A stretch of DNA of 32,000 nucleotides from Pseudoalteromonas tetraodonis (GTDB lineage: Bacteria > Pseudomonadota > Gammaproteobacteria > Enterobacterales > Alteromonadaceae): NCBI RefSeq assembly GCF_002310835.1, contig NZ_CP011041.1, positions 2,280,001 through 2,312,000 on the forward strand, given 5' to 3'. Numbering within the stretch: the stretch's first letter is position 1; the number at the start of each line of letters is the position of its first letter. The translations under genes were made by a program, and so were the position numbers. Below are positions 18,972-27,838 of the stretch, in pieces. The notes under the pieces were generated by a model that saw only the letters and a list, made by a program, of their open reading frames with translations, was not told the DNA's origin and searched no databases.

Positions 18972-20324
18972 CTACAAGCGCGATACATCATTGAACAAAG
19001 CGAAACATGTTAGAAAAATGAGTAGCAAGGCTCCCACTTTAAAACCAAACTCTTGTGTCTTTTCAGAGACTGGCTTTTTACGAAAAAGTTCAATTATGTA
19101 ATACATTAAGTGCCCACCATCAAGCACTGGCAGAGGAAGTAAATTAAATACTCCCAAGTTAACGCTTATCAAAGCTAAAAAGCTTAAAAATGTGACTAAT
19201 CCATAACTAACACTGGTGCCGGCGCCTACGGCTATGCCGACGGGTCCACTTAGGTTTTTAACCGACACTTGGCCTGTTATTAAGTTACCTATCATGTCAA
19301 AACTCAGCGTAATTAAACGCCATGTTTCTTTTGTGCCCAGCACAATACTATCTAGTGGCCCATAATGTCTAGTCTCTACAAAATCATCCGGCCACTGCTC
19401 TACAACGGGAGCAACACCCAAAAAGCCTTGCTCTATGCCATTACTGACGACCCGGCTCTTTGGAGTAACTGTTATTGTTTTTATACTATCTTGTCTTTTT
19501 ACACTAAATTGTAAGGATTTGTTAGCCGATTGAGTAATAAGATTAACTAATTGCTGCCAACTGCTCATTGTTTCACCATTCACAGCTAAAATAACGTCGT
19601 TAACCTGTAAATTAGCCTGTTCAGCAGCTGAGTTTTTAGTAATAGCAGCAATAACCAAGGTTGCCTGAGGACGAAACGGTACAATACCTAACGAACTGAG
19701 CGGCGGTACATCTTGTTGATCAAGCTTCCAACCATCTAGGTTAAGCGTTTGCACTGTTTGCTGATAATTTTCGTTACGTAAGGTTACGGCAACGCTTTTA
19801 TCACCTAAATGAGACATCAAAGAAAAGGTCGCATCTTGCCAATTACTTATGTCGTCATCACCAATTTTAATAATTTGCTGGGTTGGCATAATACCGGCCT
19901 GTTCAGCTCGACTGCCTTCAACAACACTACCCACAACTGGTTTTATGGTTTGCACACCTACCATGTACATCACCGCTAAAGCAAAAATAGCGAACAAAAA
20001 GTTCGCCATCGGCCCTGCTGCCACAATGGCTATGCGGGCTTGAACTGATTTAGCATTAAACGATAAATGACGTTGATTGGCAGGCACTTCATCAACACGC
20101 TCGTCGAGCATTTTCACGTATCCGCCCAGCGGGATTGCCGCAATAACGTACTCAGTATTATATTTATCGTGCCATTTTAGTAAGGGTTTACCAAAACCAA
20201 TTGAAAAGCGCAGTACCTTTACACCCGCTTTACGCGCAACCCAAAAATGACCATATTCATGAACGGTCACTAGAATGCCTAGTGCGAGTATAAACGAACC
20301 TAAATTCCAAAAAAAATCGAACAT
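18972..20324 (-). CDS. rseP: Sigma-E protease regulator, site-2 zinc metalloprotease RseP
   Basis: 450-aa ORF. The HEYGH zinc motif lies in the first TM segment (VTVHEYGHFWVARKAGV). Tandem PDZ domains and an LDG motif are present. Confidence 0.95.
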   Translation of the reverse strand: MFDFFWNLGSFILALGILVTVHEYGHFWVARKAGVKVLRFSIGFGKPLLKWHDKYNTEYVIAAIPLGGYVKMLDERVDEVPANQRHLSFNAKSVQARIAIVAAGPMANFLFAIFALAVMYMVGVQTIKPVVGSVVEGSRAEQAGIMPTQQIIKIGDDDISNWQDATFSLMSHLGDKSVAVTLRNENYQQTVQTLNLDGWKLDQQDVPPLSSLGIVPFRPQATLVIAAITKNSAAEQANLQVNDVILAVNGETMSSWQQLVNLITQSANKSLQFSVKRQDSIKTITVTPKSRVVSNGIEQGFLGVAPVVEQWPDDFVETRHYGPLDSIVLGTKETWRLITLSFDMIGNLITGQVSVKNLSGPVGIAVGAGTSVSYGLVTFLSFLALISVNLGVFNLLPLPVLDGGHLMYYIIELFRKKPVSEKTQEFGFKVGALLLIFLTCFALFNDVSRL

Positions 20325-20325
20325 A

Positions 20326-21528
20326 TCAATGCACCACTTTTGTTATAAACTGCGCAGCGCTGATGCGTGCTAAACGGTCACACTCTAAAATTTCATCGAG
20401 AGTTTTCGCATCAGTAAATTGTGCGGCGTCTAGCGTTTGCGCATTCACTTTATAAATATCCGTAAACCCAATCTGCCCCTGTAAAAACGCATTAACTGCA
20501 ATCTCATTAGCCGCATTAACGGTGGTGGTGGCTCCTTGGCCTGCATCACAGGCTGCAATTGCAAGCTTTAAATTGGGGTAACGTGAGAAATCAGGTTTGG
20601 TAAACGAAAAATCACAAATATCAGAAAATTTTAACGGCTTGACACCCGCATCAATGCGCTCTGGATACGCAAGTGCATGCGCTATCGGGGTGCGCATATC
20701 AGGGTTACCCATTTGCGCTAAAATAGAGCCATCTTGGTATTGCACCATAGAATGGATAATACTTTGAGGATGAATCACCACATCAATATCGCTTGCATCA
20801 CAGTTAAATAACCATTTAGCCTCAATAAACTCTAAGCCTTTGTTCATCATCGTAGCTGAGTCTACTGATATTTTTTGCCCCATAGACCAATTAGGATGAG
20901 CAACCGCTTCACTGACGCTAACGGTGTTAAGGGTATTGATATCACGATTTAAAAACGGGCCACCTGAGCCAGTTAATAAAATTTTGCTAACCCCATGTTG
21001 CCCAAGCTTTGCTTGCCCTTGGGTATTTTGTAACGCACTAGGTAAACACTGAAAAATAGCATTATGCTCGCTGTCGATGGGTAATAAAGTTGCTTGATGC
21101 TTTTTAACTTTATCAATGAATAACTGACCCGACATCACCAGTGACTCTTTGTTGGCAAGCAATACTTTTTTGCCCGCTTCAACAGCGCTCAAAGTAGGTA
21201 GTAATCCGGCTGCACCGACAATCGCTGACATAACCGTATCAACATCACCATGAGCACAGAGCTCACTCATGGCTTTCTCGCCATGCATTACTTGCGTTTT
21301 ACTCTCATGCTTTAAAAGCGCAGAAAGCTGCTTAGCCGCCGATTCAGATGCCATTACAGCATAACGAGGCTGGTGAGCTATACACAGTTCAGCCATTTTT
21401 TTTGCATTTTGTCCTGCGGTCAATGCAAAAACTTTAAATTGCTGTTGGTTTCTTGCAACAACATCTAACGTGCTAAGACCTATCGACCCCGTCGCACCCA
21501 AAATAACCAGTTGTTGCACAGCACTCAT
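20326..21528 (-). CDS. dxr: 1-deoxy-D-xylulose-5-phosphate reductoisomerase
   Basis: The track ORF extends to 21552. I use ATG 21528, which overlaps the cdsA stop as ATGA. This gives MSAVQQLVILGATGSIGLSTLDVV, aligning with the E. coli Dxr N-terminus and its NADPH-binding GSTGSIG motif. Confidence 0.94.
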   Translation of the reverse strand: MSAVQQLVILGATGSIGLSTLDVVARNQQQFKVFALTAGQNAKKMAELCIAHQPRYAVMASESAAKQLSALLKHESKTQVMHGEKAMSELCAHGDVDTVMSAIVGAAGLLPTLSAVEAGKKVLLANKESLVMSGQLFIDKVKKHQATLLPIDSEHNAIFQCLPSALQNTQGQAKLGQHGVSKILLTGSGGPFLNRDINTLNTVSVSEAVAHPNWSMGQKISVDSATMMNKGLEFIEAKWLFNCDASDIDVVIHPQSIIHSMVQYQDGSILAQMGNPDMRTPIAHALAYPERIDAGVKPLKFSDICDFSFTKPDFSRYPNLKLAIAACDAGQGATTTVNAANEIAVNAFLQGQIGFTDIYKVNAQTLDAAQFTDAKTLDEILECDRLARISAAQFITKVVH

Positions 21529-22391
21529 AAGCGAAGCGTCCAAGCAAAGCAAATAACAAACATCGGTGCTGCCGCAGTTAAACTATCAATACGGTCTAAA
21601 ATACCACCGTGTCCTGGTAAGCAACTACCGCTATCTTTAAGTCCCGCTTCGCGCTTAAACATACTCTCAAGTAAATCACCTACCGCAGAAAACAAAGCAA
21701 TAAACGCTGTCATAACTGCATAAATAGGCCATACAGAGGTATCAACGTTAGTGTAATAACAAAAAGCCAGTACAAATAACACCGCAGCAACCACACCACC
21801 TGCGAGGCCTTCTATGGTTTTATTTGGACTAACTTTAGGCATTAACTTATGTTTACCAAAACTTTTACCTGTAAAGTAAGCGCCTATATCGGCACTCCAT
21901 ACAATACCTAATACAACTAAAATGAGCATAGAGCCATAGTGAGTAGATTCCGTATATTGCGCACTACGCAGTGTGTTAAGTGCAAGCCATAGCGGTACTA
22001 AGGTCAACAAACCAGCAATGCCGCGCATCACAAGCCCTTCGTTCCACCCTTTCGCCATAGCAGGGTAACGCCACACTAAATAACTGGCTACCAACCACCA
22101 AGAAAACGACAAGGTAAATAAGTAATTAGCATCGCCTACAAGTTGACCATCTTGCCATAGAGTCTCTATAGGCCAATGCAAATTGAGTAACCCTAGTAAT
22201 ACTGCCACTAATAACACAAAGGCGCCACGTTTTAGCTTATCGCATAGTCCCATAAAGGCAGACCATTCCCACGCGCCCATTAATACAATAGCACCCGCAA
22301 AATAACTAAATAACGTTAGTGGGGTGTAAAAAACCAAAGCCAGTGCTAATGGCGCTAGCACTAGTGAGGTTAAAATACGTTGTTTTAACAA
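21525..22391 (-). CDS. cdsA: Phosphatidate cytidylyltransferase
   Basis: 288-aa polytopic membrane ORF. It has the N-terminus MLKQRILTSLVLAPL and the CdsA signature SMFKREAGLKDSG..LPGHGGILDRIDS. Confidence 0.95.
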   Translation of the reverse strand: MLKQRILTSLVLAPLALALVFYTPLTLFSYFAGAIVLMGAWEWSAFMGLCDKLKRGAFVLLVAVLLGLLNLHWPIETLWQDGQLVGDANYLFTLSFSWWLVASYLVWRYPAMAKGWNEGLVMRGIAGLLTLVPLWLALNTLRSAQYTESTHYGSMLILVVLGIVWSADIGAYFTGKSFGKHKLMPKVSPNKTIEGLAGGVVAAVLFVLAFCYYTNVDTSVWPIYAVMTAFIALFSAVGDLLESMFKREAGLKDSGSCLPGHGGILDRIDSLTAAAPMFVICFAWTLRL

Positions 22392-22412
22392 AATGATGAC
22401 CCTTAATCTATT

Positions 22413-23192
22413 TTAGGTTTGAGCGAGTAATTGTTTTATTTGTTCGCCCGTGCAACCAAAACGTCGCTCTCTGGCAACGTAACATGCAATGGCCTCTGCA
22501 AAAGCAGCTTCATTAAAATCAGGCCAAAGTGTATTTGTGAAATAAAGTTCAGCGTAGGCTGCCTGCCAAAGTAAAAAGTTACTAATTCTGACATCGCCAC
22601 CGGTACGGATCAATAAATCAGGCTGAGCTTGATCTGCCATACTCATATGCTGTGCAATATGTTCTTCTGTAATATCTGCTGGGTCAATTTCTCCATTCGC
22701 TACTTGTAAAGCAACTTGCTTAGCAGCGTGAGTCATATCCCAGCGACCACCGTAATTTGCCGCAACATTTAAGTGCAGCCCGGTATTGTTCGCTGTTAGT
22801 TCTTGAGCTGTATGTACTTTAGCGCGCAAGCTTTCAGAGAATCGAGATAAATCTCCAATGATGGTTAGTTTTACATTATTTTTATGCAGCTTTTTAACTT
22901 CTTTACTCAGTACAAATAAAAAAAGCTCCATAAGTGTATTTACTTCGTCTTCAGGGCGGCGCCAGTTTTCACTACTAAAAGCAAATAAGGTTAACGATTG
23001 TATTCCTAATTTAGTACAAAACTGCACGGATTGACGAACTGCATCCACGCCTTTTTTATGCCCATATACACGAGGTCTATTTCTAGCTTGTGCCCAACGC
23101 CCGTTCCCATCCATGATGATGGCAACATGTTTAGGTAAACATTGCTGTGAAATTGTATCAGCGTCTAGAACCATAAATTTTGTGTATTCCAT
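22413..23192 (-). CDS. uppS: Ditrans,polycis-undecaprenyl-diphosphate synthase
   Basis: Motifs [13 protein letters not shown] and ERRFG are present. The track ORF start at 23231 lies inside a terminator hairpin, so I reject it. I use ATG 23192 (MEYTKF...). ATG 23174 (MVLDAD...) is an equally plausible alternative. Confidence 0.88.
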   Translation of the reverse strand: MEYTKFMVLDADTISQQCLPKHVAIIMDGNGRWAQARNRPRVYGHKKGVDAVRQSVQFCTKLGIQSLTLFAFSSENWRRPEDEVNTLMELFLFVLSKEVKKLHKNNVKLTIIGDLSRFSESLRAKVHTAQELTANNTGLHLNVAANYGGRWDMTHAAKQVALQVANGEIDPADITEEHIAQHMSMADQAQPDLLIRTGGDVRISNFLLWQAAYAELYFTNTLWPDFNEAAFAEAIACYVARERRFGCTGEQIKQLLAQT

Positions 23193-23228
23193 AAAAAAAC
23201 GCCGCCTAGTATACCCCAGACGGCGTTT
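23193..23228 (-). terminator. Strong rho-independent terminator directly abutting the uppS ATG
   Basis: The minus strand reads AAACGCCGTCTGGGGTATACTAGGCGGCGTTTTTTT followed immediately by ATG. A GC-rich stem (ACGCCG/CGGCGT) is followed by T7. Confidence 0.8.
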
Positions 23229-23448
23229 CAAAACTAATAATTTTAACCTGTACCCGTGATAATAAATCTACATAAAGCAAATAATTATACAGCTAACAAC
23301 CTTGTATTTACTGATAATCGAGCCAATAGCAAAGAGTAAACACAATCTGTTACCCTTTAAAATCACACAATTAAAGTTAAGTGCGAAGGCATATAAACAA
23401 CGACTTAGTTACTTTAGTAAAGCTGTTAATCCGAGCCTAGATTAGCAA

Positions 23449-24006
23449 TTAGATTTCCATCAACTCAGCTTCTTTCGCTGTTAGTTGCGTATCCATTTCT
23501 TTGATAAACTTATCAGTGATTTTTTGGATAGCATCTTCAGCTTGACGCGCTTCATCTTCAGAGATGTCTTTATCTTTTAATAAGTTTTTAATATCGCCAT
23601 TTGCATCACGACGAATGTTACGAATAGCAACACGACCGCCTTCTACTTCACCACGTACGATTTTAATTAAATCTTTACGACGTTCTTCAGTCAATGGAGG
23701 AAGTGGTACACGGATCACTGTGCCTGCAGACATTGGATTTAAACCAAGGTCAGATGCCATAATCGCTTTTTCAACAGCTTGCGCTAATGACTTATCAAAT
23801 ACACCAATAGCCAATGTACGTGAGTCTTCAATTGTTACATTTGCAACTTGGTTTAACGGTGTTGGTGCGCCGTAGTACGACACCATGATGCCGTCTAAAA
23901 TTGCAGGATGAGCACGGCCAGTACGAATTTTAGATAATTGACTACCAAGTGCTGCTACACTTTTTTGCATGCGCGCTTGCGCATCTTTTTGAATATCGTT
24001 AATCAC
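23449..24006 (-). CDS. frr: Ribosome recycling factor
   Basis: 185-aa ORF colinear with E. coli Frr ([17 protein letters not shown]...; [15 protein letters not shown]). It lies 14 nt after pyrH. Confidence 0.97.
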   Translation of the reverse strand: MINDIQKDAQARMQKSVAALGSQLSKIRTGRAHPAILDGIMVSYYGAPTPLNQVANVTIEDSRTLAIGVFDKSLAQAVEKAIMASDLGLNPMSAGTVIRVPLPPLTEERRKDLIKIVRGEVEGGRVAIRNIRRDANGDIKNLLKDKDISEDEARQAEDAIQKITDKFIKEMDTQLTAKEAELMEI

Positions 24007-24020
24007 GGTTTAATCCTAAT

Positions 24021-24770
24021 CTAGTTACTAACTTCATCTGAGGCTTGTGAAGAAATAAGGGTTCCTTCTTCTTCACCCATTATTACGCGTTTTAATGCGC
24101 CTGATTTATTCATATTAAATACGCTCAATGGCATATTATGGTCGCGAGCTAATGTAAATGCCGCTAAATCCATTACTTTTAGTTCTTTATCAATAATTTC
24201 ATTGTAGCTTAAGTGACGGTAAAGTGTCGCATCTGGGTTTTTAACCGGATCATCGCTAAATACACCATCTACTTTGGTTGCTTTAATTACTGTGTCAGCT
24301 TCAATTTCAATGCCACGTAAACACGCTGCAGAGTCAGTTGTAAAGAACGGGTTACCCGTACCGGCTGCAAAAATAACAACACGACCTGTTTTTAATAAGC
24401 TAATGGCTTCTGCCCAGTTATACGCATCACATACGCCATTTAAAGGAATGGCTGACATTAAACGACAATTTACAAATGCACGGTGCAACGCATCACGCAT
24501 AGCAAGACCATTCATGACGGTTGCAAGCATACCCATGTGGTCGCCAACAACGCGGTTCATACCCGCTTCGGCTAGTGAGCCTCCACGTAAAAAGTTACCG
24601 CCACCAATAACTAAACCCACTTCTACGTCGAGTTCTACGAGCTCTTTAATTTCTTGTGCCATACGATCTAAAACTTTAGGGTCGATGCCGAAGCCTTCGT
24701 CTCCCATTAAAGCTTCACCACTTAATTTGAGAAGAACACGTCTAAAAATAGGTTTGCGATTGATAGTCAT
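24021..24770 (-). CDS. pyrH: UMP kinase
   Basis: 249-aa ORF. The stretch [36 protein letters not shown] is nearly identical to E. coli PyrH. Confidence 0.97.
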   Translation of the reverse strand: MTINRKPIFRRVLLKLSGEALMGDEGFGIDPKVLDRMAQEIKELVELDVEVGLVIGGGNFLRGGSLAEAGMNRVVGDHMGMLATVMNGLAMRDALHRAFVNCRLMSAIPLNGVCDAYNWAEAISLLKTGRVVIFAAGTGNPFFTTDSAACLRGIEIEADTVIKATKVDGVFSDDPVKNPDATLYRHLSYNEIIDKELKVMDLAAFTLARDHNMPLSVFNMNKSGALKRVIMGEEEGTLISSQASDEVSN

Positions 24771-24803
24771 AGTTTTGGGGCCAACTTTTATTGAATTATG
24801 GAT

Positions 24804-24849
24804 AAAAAATAACCGCGCTTATGTTAAACATAAAAGCGCGGTTATTTTA
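24804..24849 (-). terminator. Rho-independent terminator after tsf
   Basis: A 12-bp perfect stem pairs ATAACCGCGCTT (24810-24821) with AAGCGCGGTTAT (24835-24846). On the minus strand a T-run follows, seen as AAAAA at 24805-24809 on the plus strand. Confidence 0.75.
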
Positions 24850-24928
24850 AAGAATTTCTAAGCGTGACGCAAAAGCAAATAGTACTTTAATTGCATCTAT
24901 TTTCCTTTGGCATCACAAATAGCTAATC

Positions 24929-25780
24929 TTACTTAGCTTTAGCAGCTGCAATTTGAGCAGCAACTTCAGCAGCAAAATCTTCTTCTTTCTTCTCGATACC
25001 TGCACCAACTTCCATACGTACAAAGCCAGTAACTGTTGCGTTTTTCTCTTTAAGAATTTCGCCAACAGACTTTTTAGGTTCCATGATGAAAGCTTGACCA
25101 GTAAGAGAAACCTCACCAGTGAATTTTTTCATACGACCAACAACCATCTTCTCAGCGATTTCAGCAGGCTTGCCTTCATTCATCGCGATGTCGATTTGTA
25201 CTTGCTTTTCTTTTTCAACAACATCAGCAGGTACGTCATCTGGTGTTAAGTAGTCTGGGTTTGAAGCAGCAACGTGCATTGCAACGTGCTTAAGTGTTTC
25301 TTCATCAGCAACACCTGCAACAACAACACCAATACGCTCGCCGTGACGGTACTCAACTAGTTGCTCACCAGTGATGTACTGAAGACGACGTACATTGATG
25401 TTTTCACCAATTTTAGTTACTAGCTCAACACGATCTTCTTCAAACTTAGCTTGTAAGTCTTCGATAGATGAAGTGTCAGCGATAGCAGCATCTGCAACTT
25501 TATTAGCAAATGCTAAGAAGCTTGCATCTTTAGCTACGAAGTCAGTTTGACAGTTAACTTCTACAAGTACTGCAACACCCGCGTTTTGCTTGATGATGAT
25601 AGTACCTTCAGCAGCGATGTTACCTGCTTTTTTAGCAGCCTTTGCAGCACCGCTCTTACGCATGTTTTCAATCGCTAACTCGATGTCACCATCAGTCTCA
25701 GTTAACGCTTTTTTACAATCCATCATGCCAGCGCCAGTACGCTCGCGTAATTCTTTAACTAGGGCAGTAGTTACAGCCAT
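24929..25780 (-). CDS. tsf: Translation elongation factor Ts
   Basis: The track ORF extends to 25834. I use ATG 25780, preceded by the RBS GAGGA. This gives [26 protein letters not shown], the canonical EF-Ts N-terminus. Confidence 0.96.
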   Translation of the reverse strand: MAVTTALVKELRERTGAGMMDCKKALTETDGDIELAIENMRKSGAAKAAKKAGNIAAEGTIIIKQNAGVAVLVEVNCQTDFVAKDASFLAFANKVADAAIADTSSIEDLQAKFEEDRVELVTKIGENINVRRLQYITGEQLVEYRHGERIGVVVAGVADEETLKHVAMHVAASNPDYLTPDDVPADVVEKEKQVQIDIAMNEGKPAEIAEKMVVGRMKKFTGEVSLTGQAFIMEPKKSVGEILKEKNATVTGFVRMEVGAGIEKKEEDFAAEVAAQIAAAKAK

Positions 25781-25815
25781 TAGTAAATCCTCAAATCTGA
25801 AATCAGGTTTAGATA

Positions 25816-25873
25816 AGCGGGTTACCCGCTCCACAAGAATAGCAAGTCTTCACCTTTAAAAGATGAAGACTTG
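25816..25873 (-). promoter_or_regulatory. Two stem-loops in the rpsB-tsf intergenic spacer (possible partial attenuator)
   Basis: A 10-bp perfect stem pairs CAAGTCTTCA (25843-25852) with TGAAGACTTG (25864-25873). A second 6-bp GC stem pairs AGCGGG with CCCGCT (25816-25830). Only a weak U-tract follows. An intergenic attenuator is described for E. coli rpsB-tsf. Confidence 0.4.
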
Positions 25874-25884
25874 ATGACAGCTAA

Positions 25885-26613
25885 TTACTCAGCTTCTACG
25901 AAGTCATCTTTTTCAGCTTGAGCAACGATGTTACTCTCACGGCCTTCAGTGATCGCAGCTGCAACAGCACTAGTGTAAAGGTTGATTGCACGGATAGCAT
26001 CATCGTTACCAGGTACGATGTAATCAACACCGTCTGGGTTAGAGTTAGTATCAACGATTGCAACAACTGGGATACCTAGGTTGTTAGCTTCACGGATAGC
26101 AATGTGCTCGTGGTCAGCATCGATTACAAAGATAGCGTCTGGAAGGCCACCCATGTTTTTAATACCACCAAGGCTTTTTTCAAGCTTGTCCATTTCACGA
26201 GTAAGCATTAACGCTTCTTTCTTAGTTAACTTCTCGAAAGTACCGTCTTGGCTTTGAGCTTCAAGGTCTTTAAGACGCTTGATTGATTGACGAACTGTTT
26301 TCCAGTTAGTCAACATGCCGCCTAACCAACGGTGGTTAACGAAGAATTGATCGCTTTGTAAAGCAGCTTCTTTTACTGCTTCGCTTGCTGCGCGCTTTGT
26401 ACCAACGAAAAGAACTTTACCTTTGTTTGCAGCAGCACCAGATAAAAACTTAAGTGCAGTGTTGAACATTGGTACAGTTTGCTCAAGGTTGATGATATGT
26501 ACACGGTTACGTGCGCCGAAGATGAAAGGTTTCATCTTAGGGTTCCAGTAACGTGCTTGGTGACCAAAGTGAACACCAGCTTGAAGCATATCGCGCATTG
26601 AAACGTTTGCCAT
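25885..26613 (-). CDS. rpsB: 30S ribosomal protein S2
   Basis: 242-aa ORF. The N-terminus [36 protein letters not shown] is nearly identical to E. coli S2. Confidence 0.98.
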   Translation of the reverse strand: MANVSMRDMLQAGVHFGHQARYWNPKMKPFIFGARNRVHIINLEQTVPMFNTALKFLSGAAANKGKVLFVGTKRAASEAVKEAALQSDQFFVNHRWLGGMLTNWKTVRQSIKRLKDLEAQSQDGTFEKLTKKEALMLTREMDKLEKSLGGIKNMGGLPDAIFVIDADHEHIAIREANNLGIPVVAIVDTNSNPDGVDYIVPGNDDAIRAINLYTSAVAAAITEGRESNIVAQAEKDDFVEAE

Positions 26614-26810
26614 TTTGTAAATCCTCTAAGTTGTTTAGGGTTAGGCCTCCACATATCCCATAGCACCAACACCGCAGTTAAATGAAACTGAAATGCACCC
26701 AAGTGTATGTGACGATACGTGTGTGTGTTAAAATAAAATTGTGTTTGCCTTAAATACAAAAAATCATTTAAGAATTTATTTGTAAAAAGACGGCGCGCTT
26801 TATACCATAT
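26614..26810 (-). promoter_or_regulatory. rpsB extended -10 promoter plus ~180-nt 5' leader (S2 autoregulatory leader type)
   Basis: The minus strand reads ATATGGTATAAAGCGCGCCG. TGGTATAAA at 26799-26807 is an extended -10 element. As I recall it, the TGGTATAAAGCGCGCC block resembles the conserved gammaproteobacterial rpsB promoter. A long untranslated leader runs down to ATG 26613. Confidence 0.6.
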
Positions 26811-26885
26811 TAAAATTAAATACTCAACGTCTCGTGCAAAAATTGTGCGACGATAATCATCTAAAAACGCAACTTTGGAGCCTCA

Positions 26886-27671
26886 ATGAGCGCTGTGATT
26901 AAGACCCCTGAAGAAATCGAGAAAATGCGTGTAGCCGGCCGTTTGGCTGCTGATGTGCTAGAAATGATCGAACCACATGTGGTACCAGGTATCACCACCG
27001 ATGAGCTAAATACAATTTGTCATGATTATATTGTTAATGTGCAAGATGCCGTTCCTGCTCCTCTTAATTATCATGGTTTTCCAAAATCAATTTGTACCTC
27101 GGTAAATCATGTAATTTGTCACGGAATTCCGAACGACAAAGCATTAAAAGACGGTGACAGTGTCAATATTGACATTACTGTTATTAAAGATGGTTACCAT
27201 GGTGATACTTCAAAAATGTTCCATGTTGGCACACCTAACATTCAAGGCAAACGCCTTGCAGAAGTGACTCAAGAAAGTCTTTACCTTGCCATTAAAATGG
27301 TAAAACCGGGTGTTCGCCTTGGTGATATTGGTGCAGCTATTCAAAAATATGCAGAGAGCTTTAATTACTCTATCGTACGTGAATACTGCGGGCACGGTAT
27401 TGGCAGTGAATTTCATGAAGAACCACAGGTAATGCACTACGGAAAACCAGGTACAGGCGAAACATTAAAAGCCGGTATGTGTTTAACAATCGAGCCCATG
27501 GTCAATGCAGGCAAACGCCAATGTAAATTACTAAAAGACGACTGGACTGTGGTAACAAAAGACCGTAGTTTATCAGCTCAGTGGGAACATACCTTACTGG
27601 TAACTGAAAATGGTGTTGAAATTTTAACACTACGATCAGATGATACTATCGATAGAATCATCGAGCACTAA
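26886..27671 (+). CDS. map: Type I methionine aminopeptidase
   Basis: 261-aa ORF preceded by the RBS GGAG. Metal-ligand context is conserved (VCHGIP, DIT, GHGIG, EPM, EHT). It is divergent from rpsB, as in E. coli. Confidence 0.96.
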   Translation: MSAVIKTPEEIEKMRVAGRLAADVLEMIEPHVVPGITTDELNTICHDYIVNVQDAVPAPLNYHGFPKSICTSVNHVICHGIPNDKALKDGDSVNIDITVIKDGYHGDTSKMFHVGTPNIQGKRLAEVTQESLYLAIKMVKPGVRLGDIGAAIQKYAESFNYSIVREYCGHGIGSEFHEEPQVMHYGKPGTGETLKAGMCLTIEPMVNAGKRQCKLLKDDWTVVTKDRSLSAQWEHTLLVTENGVEILTLRSDDTIDRIIEH

Positions 27672-27730
27672 TAGTAGTGTGTGCTTAATCATAGTAATAA
27701 CAGGCTTTAGCCTGCGTACAGATTAAGTGG

Positions 27731-27775
27731 TTTGCTGCAAAGGGAAATAACATGATTTATTCCCTTTGCAGCAAA
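27731..27775. repeat. 16-bp perfect-stem palindrome between map and glnD
   Basis: TTTGCTGCAAAGGGAA (27731-27746) pairs exactly with TTCCCTTTGCAGCAAA (27760-27775) across a 13-nt loop. No U-tract follows on either strand. Confidence 0.6.
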
Positions 27776-27838
27776 CACAGTATAAAAATAACTTAATCCA
27801 AGACTTATAATGCAGTCCATATATAGGAGCCAGCCTAA

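Noticed and set aside
19063-19091. Possible sigma-E promoter for bamA inside the 3' end of rseP (minus strand GAACTT ... TCTGA)
   Set aside because: The spacer between the -35-like GAACTT and TCTGA is 18 nt, against the ~16 nt expected for sigma-E promoters. This is too weak to call without a position-weight-matrix scan or TSS data.
20326-23231. Gene order uppS-cdsA-dxr differs from E. coli (dxr-uppS-cdsA)
   Set aside because: This order is common in Vibrio, Pseudomonas, Shewanella and relatives. It is a known lineage variation, not a novel arrangement.
24274-24861. 195-aa plus-strand ORF antisense to pyrH
   Set aside because: It lies fully inside the highly conserved pyrH gene on the opposite strand and runs through the tsf terminator. 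Its composition is low-complexity and rich in S, P, T and K, which is typical of antisense frames. It has no RBS.
8249-25116. Same-strand alternate-frame ORFs nested in real genes (8249..8461 in cydB, 14117..14320 in lpxA, 16750..16962 in bamA, 24913..25116 in tsf)
   Set aside because: Each lies wholly inside a well-supported conserved CDS. Their repetitive leucine-rich or lysine-rich composition reflects frame-shifted reading of the host gene. There is no independent start signal.
6566-25834. N-terminal extensions of track ORFs (cydA 6566-6607, cydC 11223-11261, rlpA-like 13403-13489, bamA 18866-18907, dxr 21529-21552, uppS 23193-23231, tsf 25781-25834)
   Set aside because: Internal ATG codons give N-termini that align with well-known orthologues or produce proper signal peptides. 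They also have better RBS or coupling geometry. The uppS extension would have to be translated through a terminator hairpin.
26532-26759. 75-aa minus-strand ORF overlapping the rpsB start and leader
   Set aside because: It is out of frame with rpsB and covers the untranslated rpsB leader. The peptide has no recognisable features.
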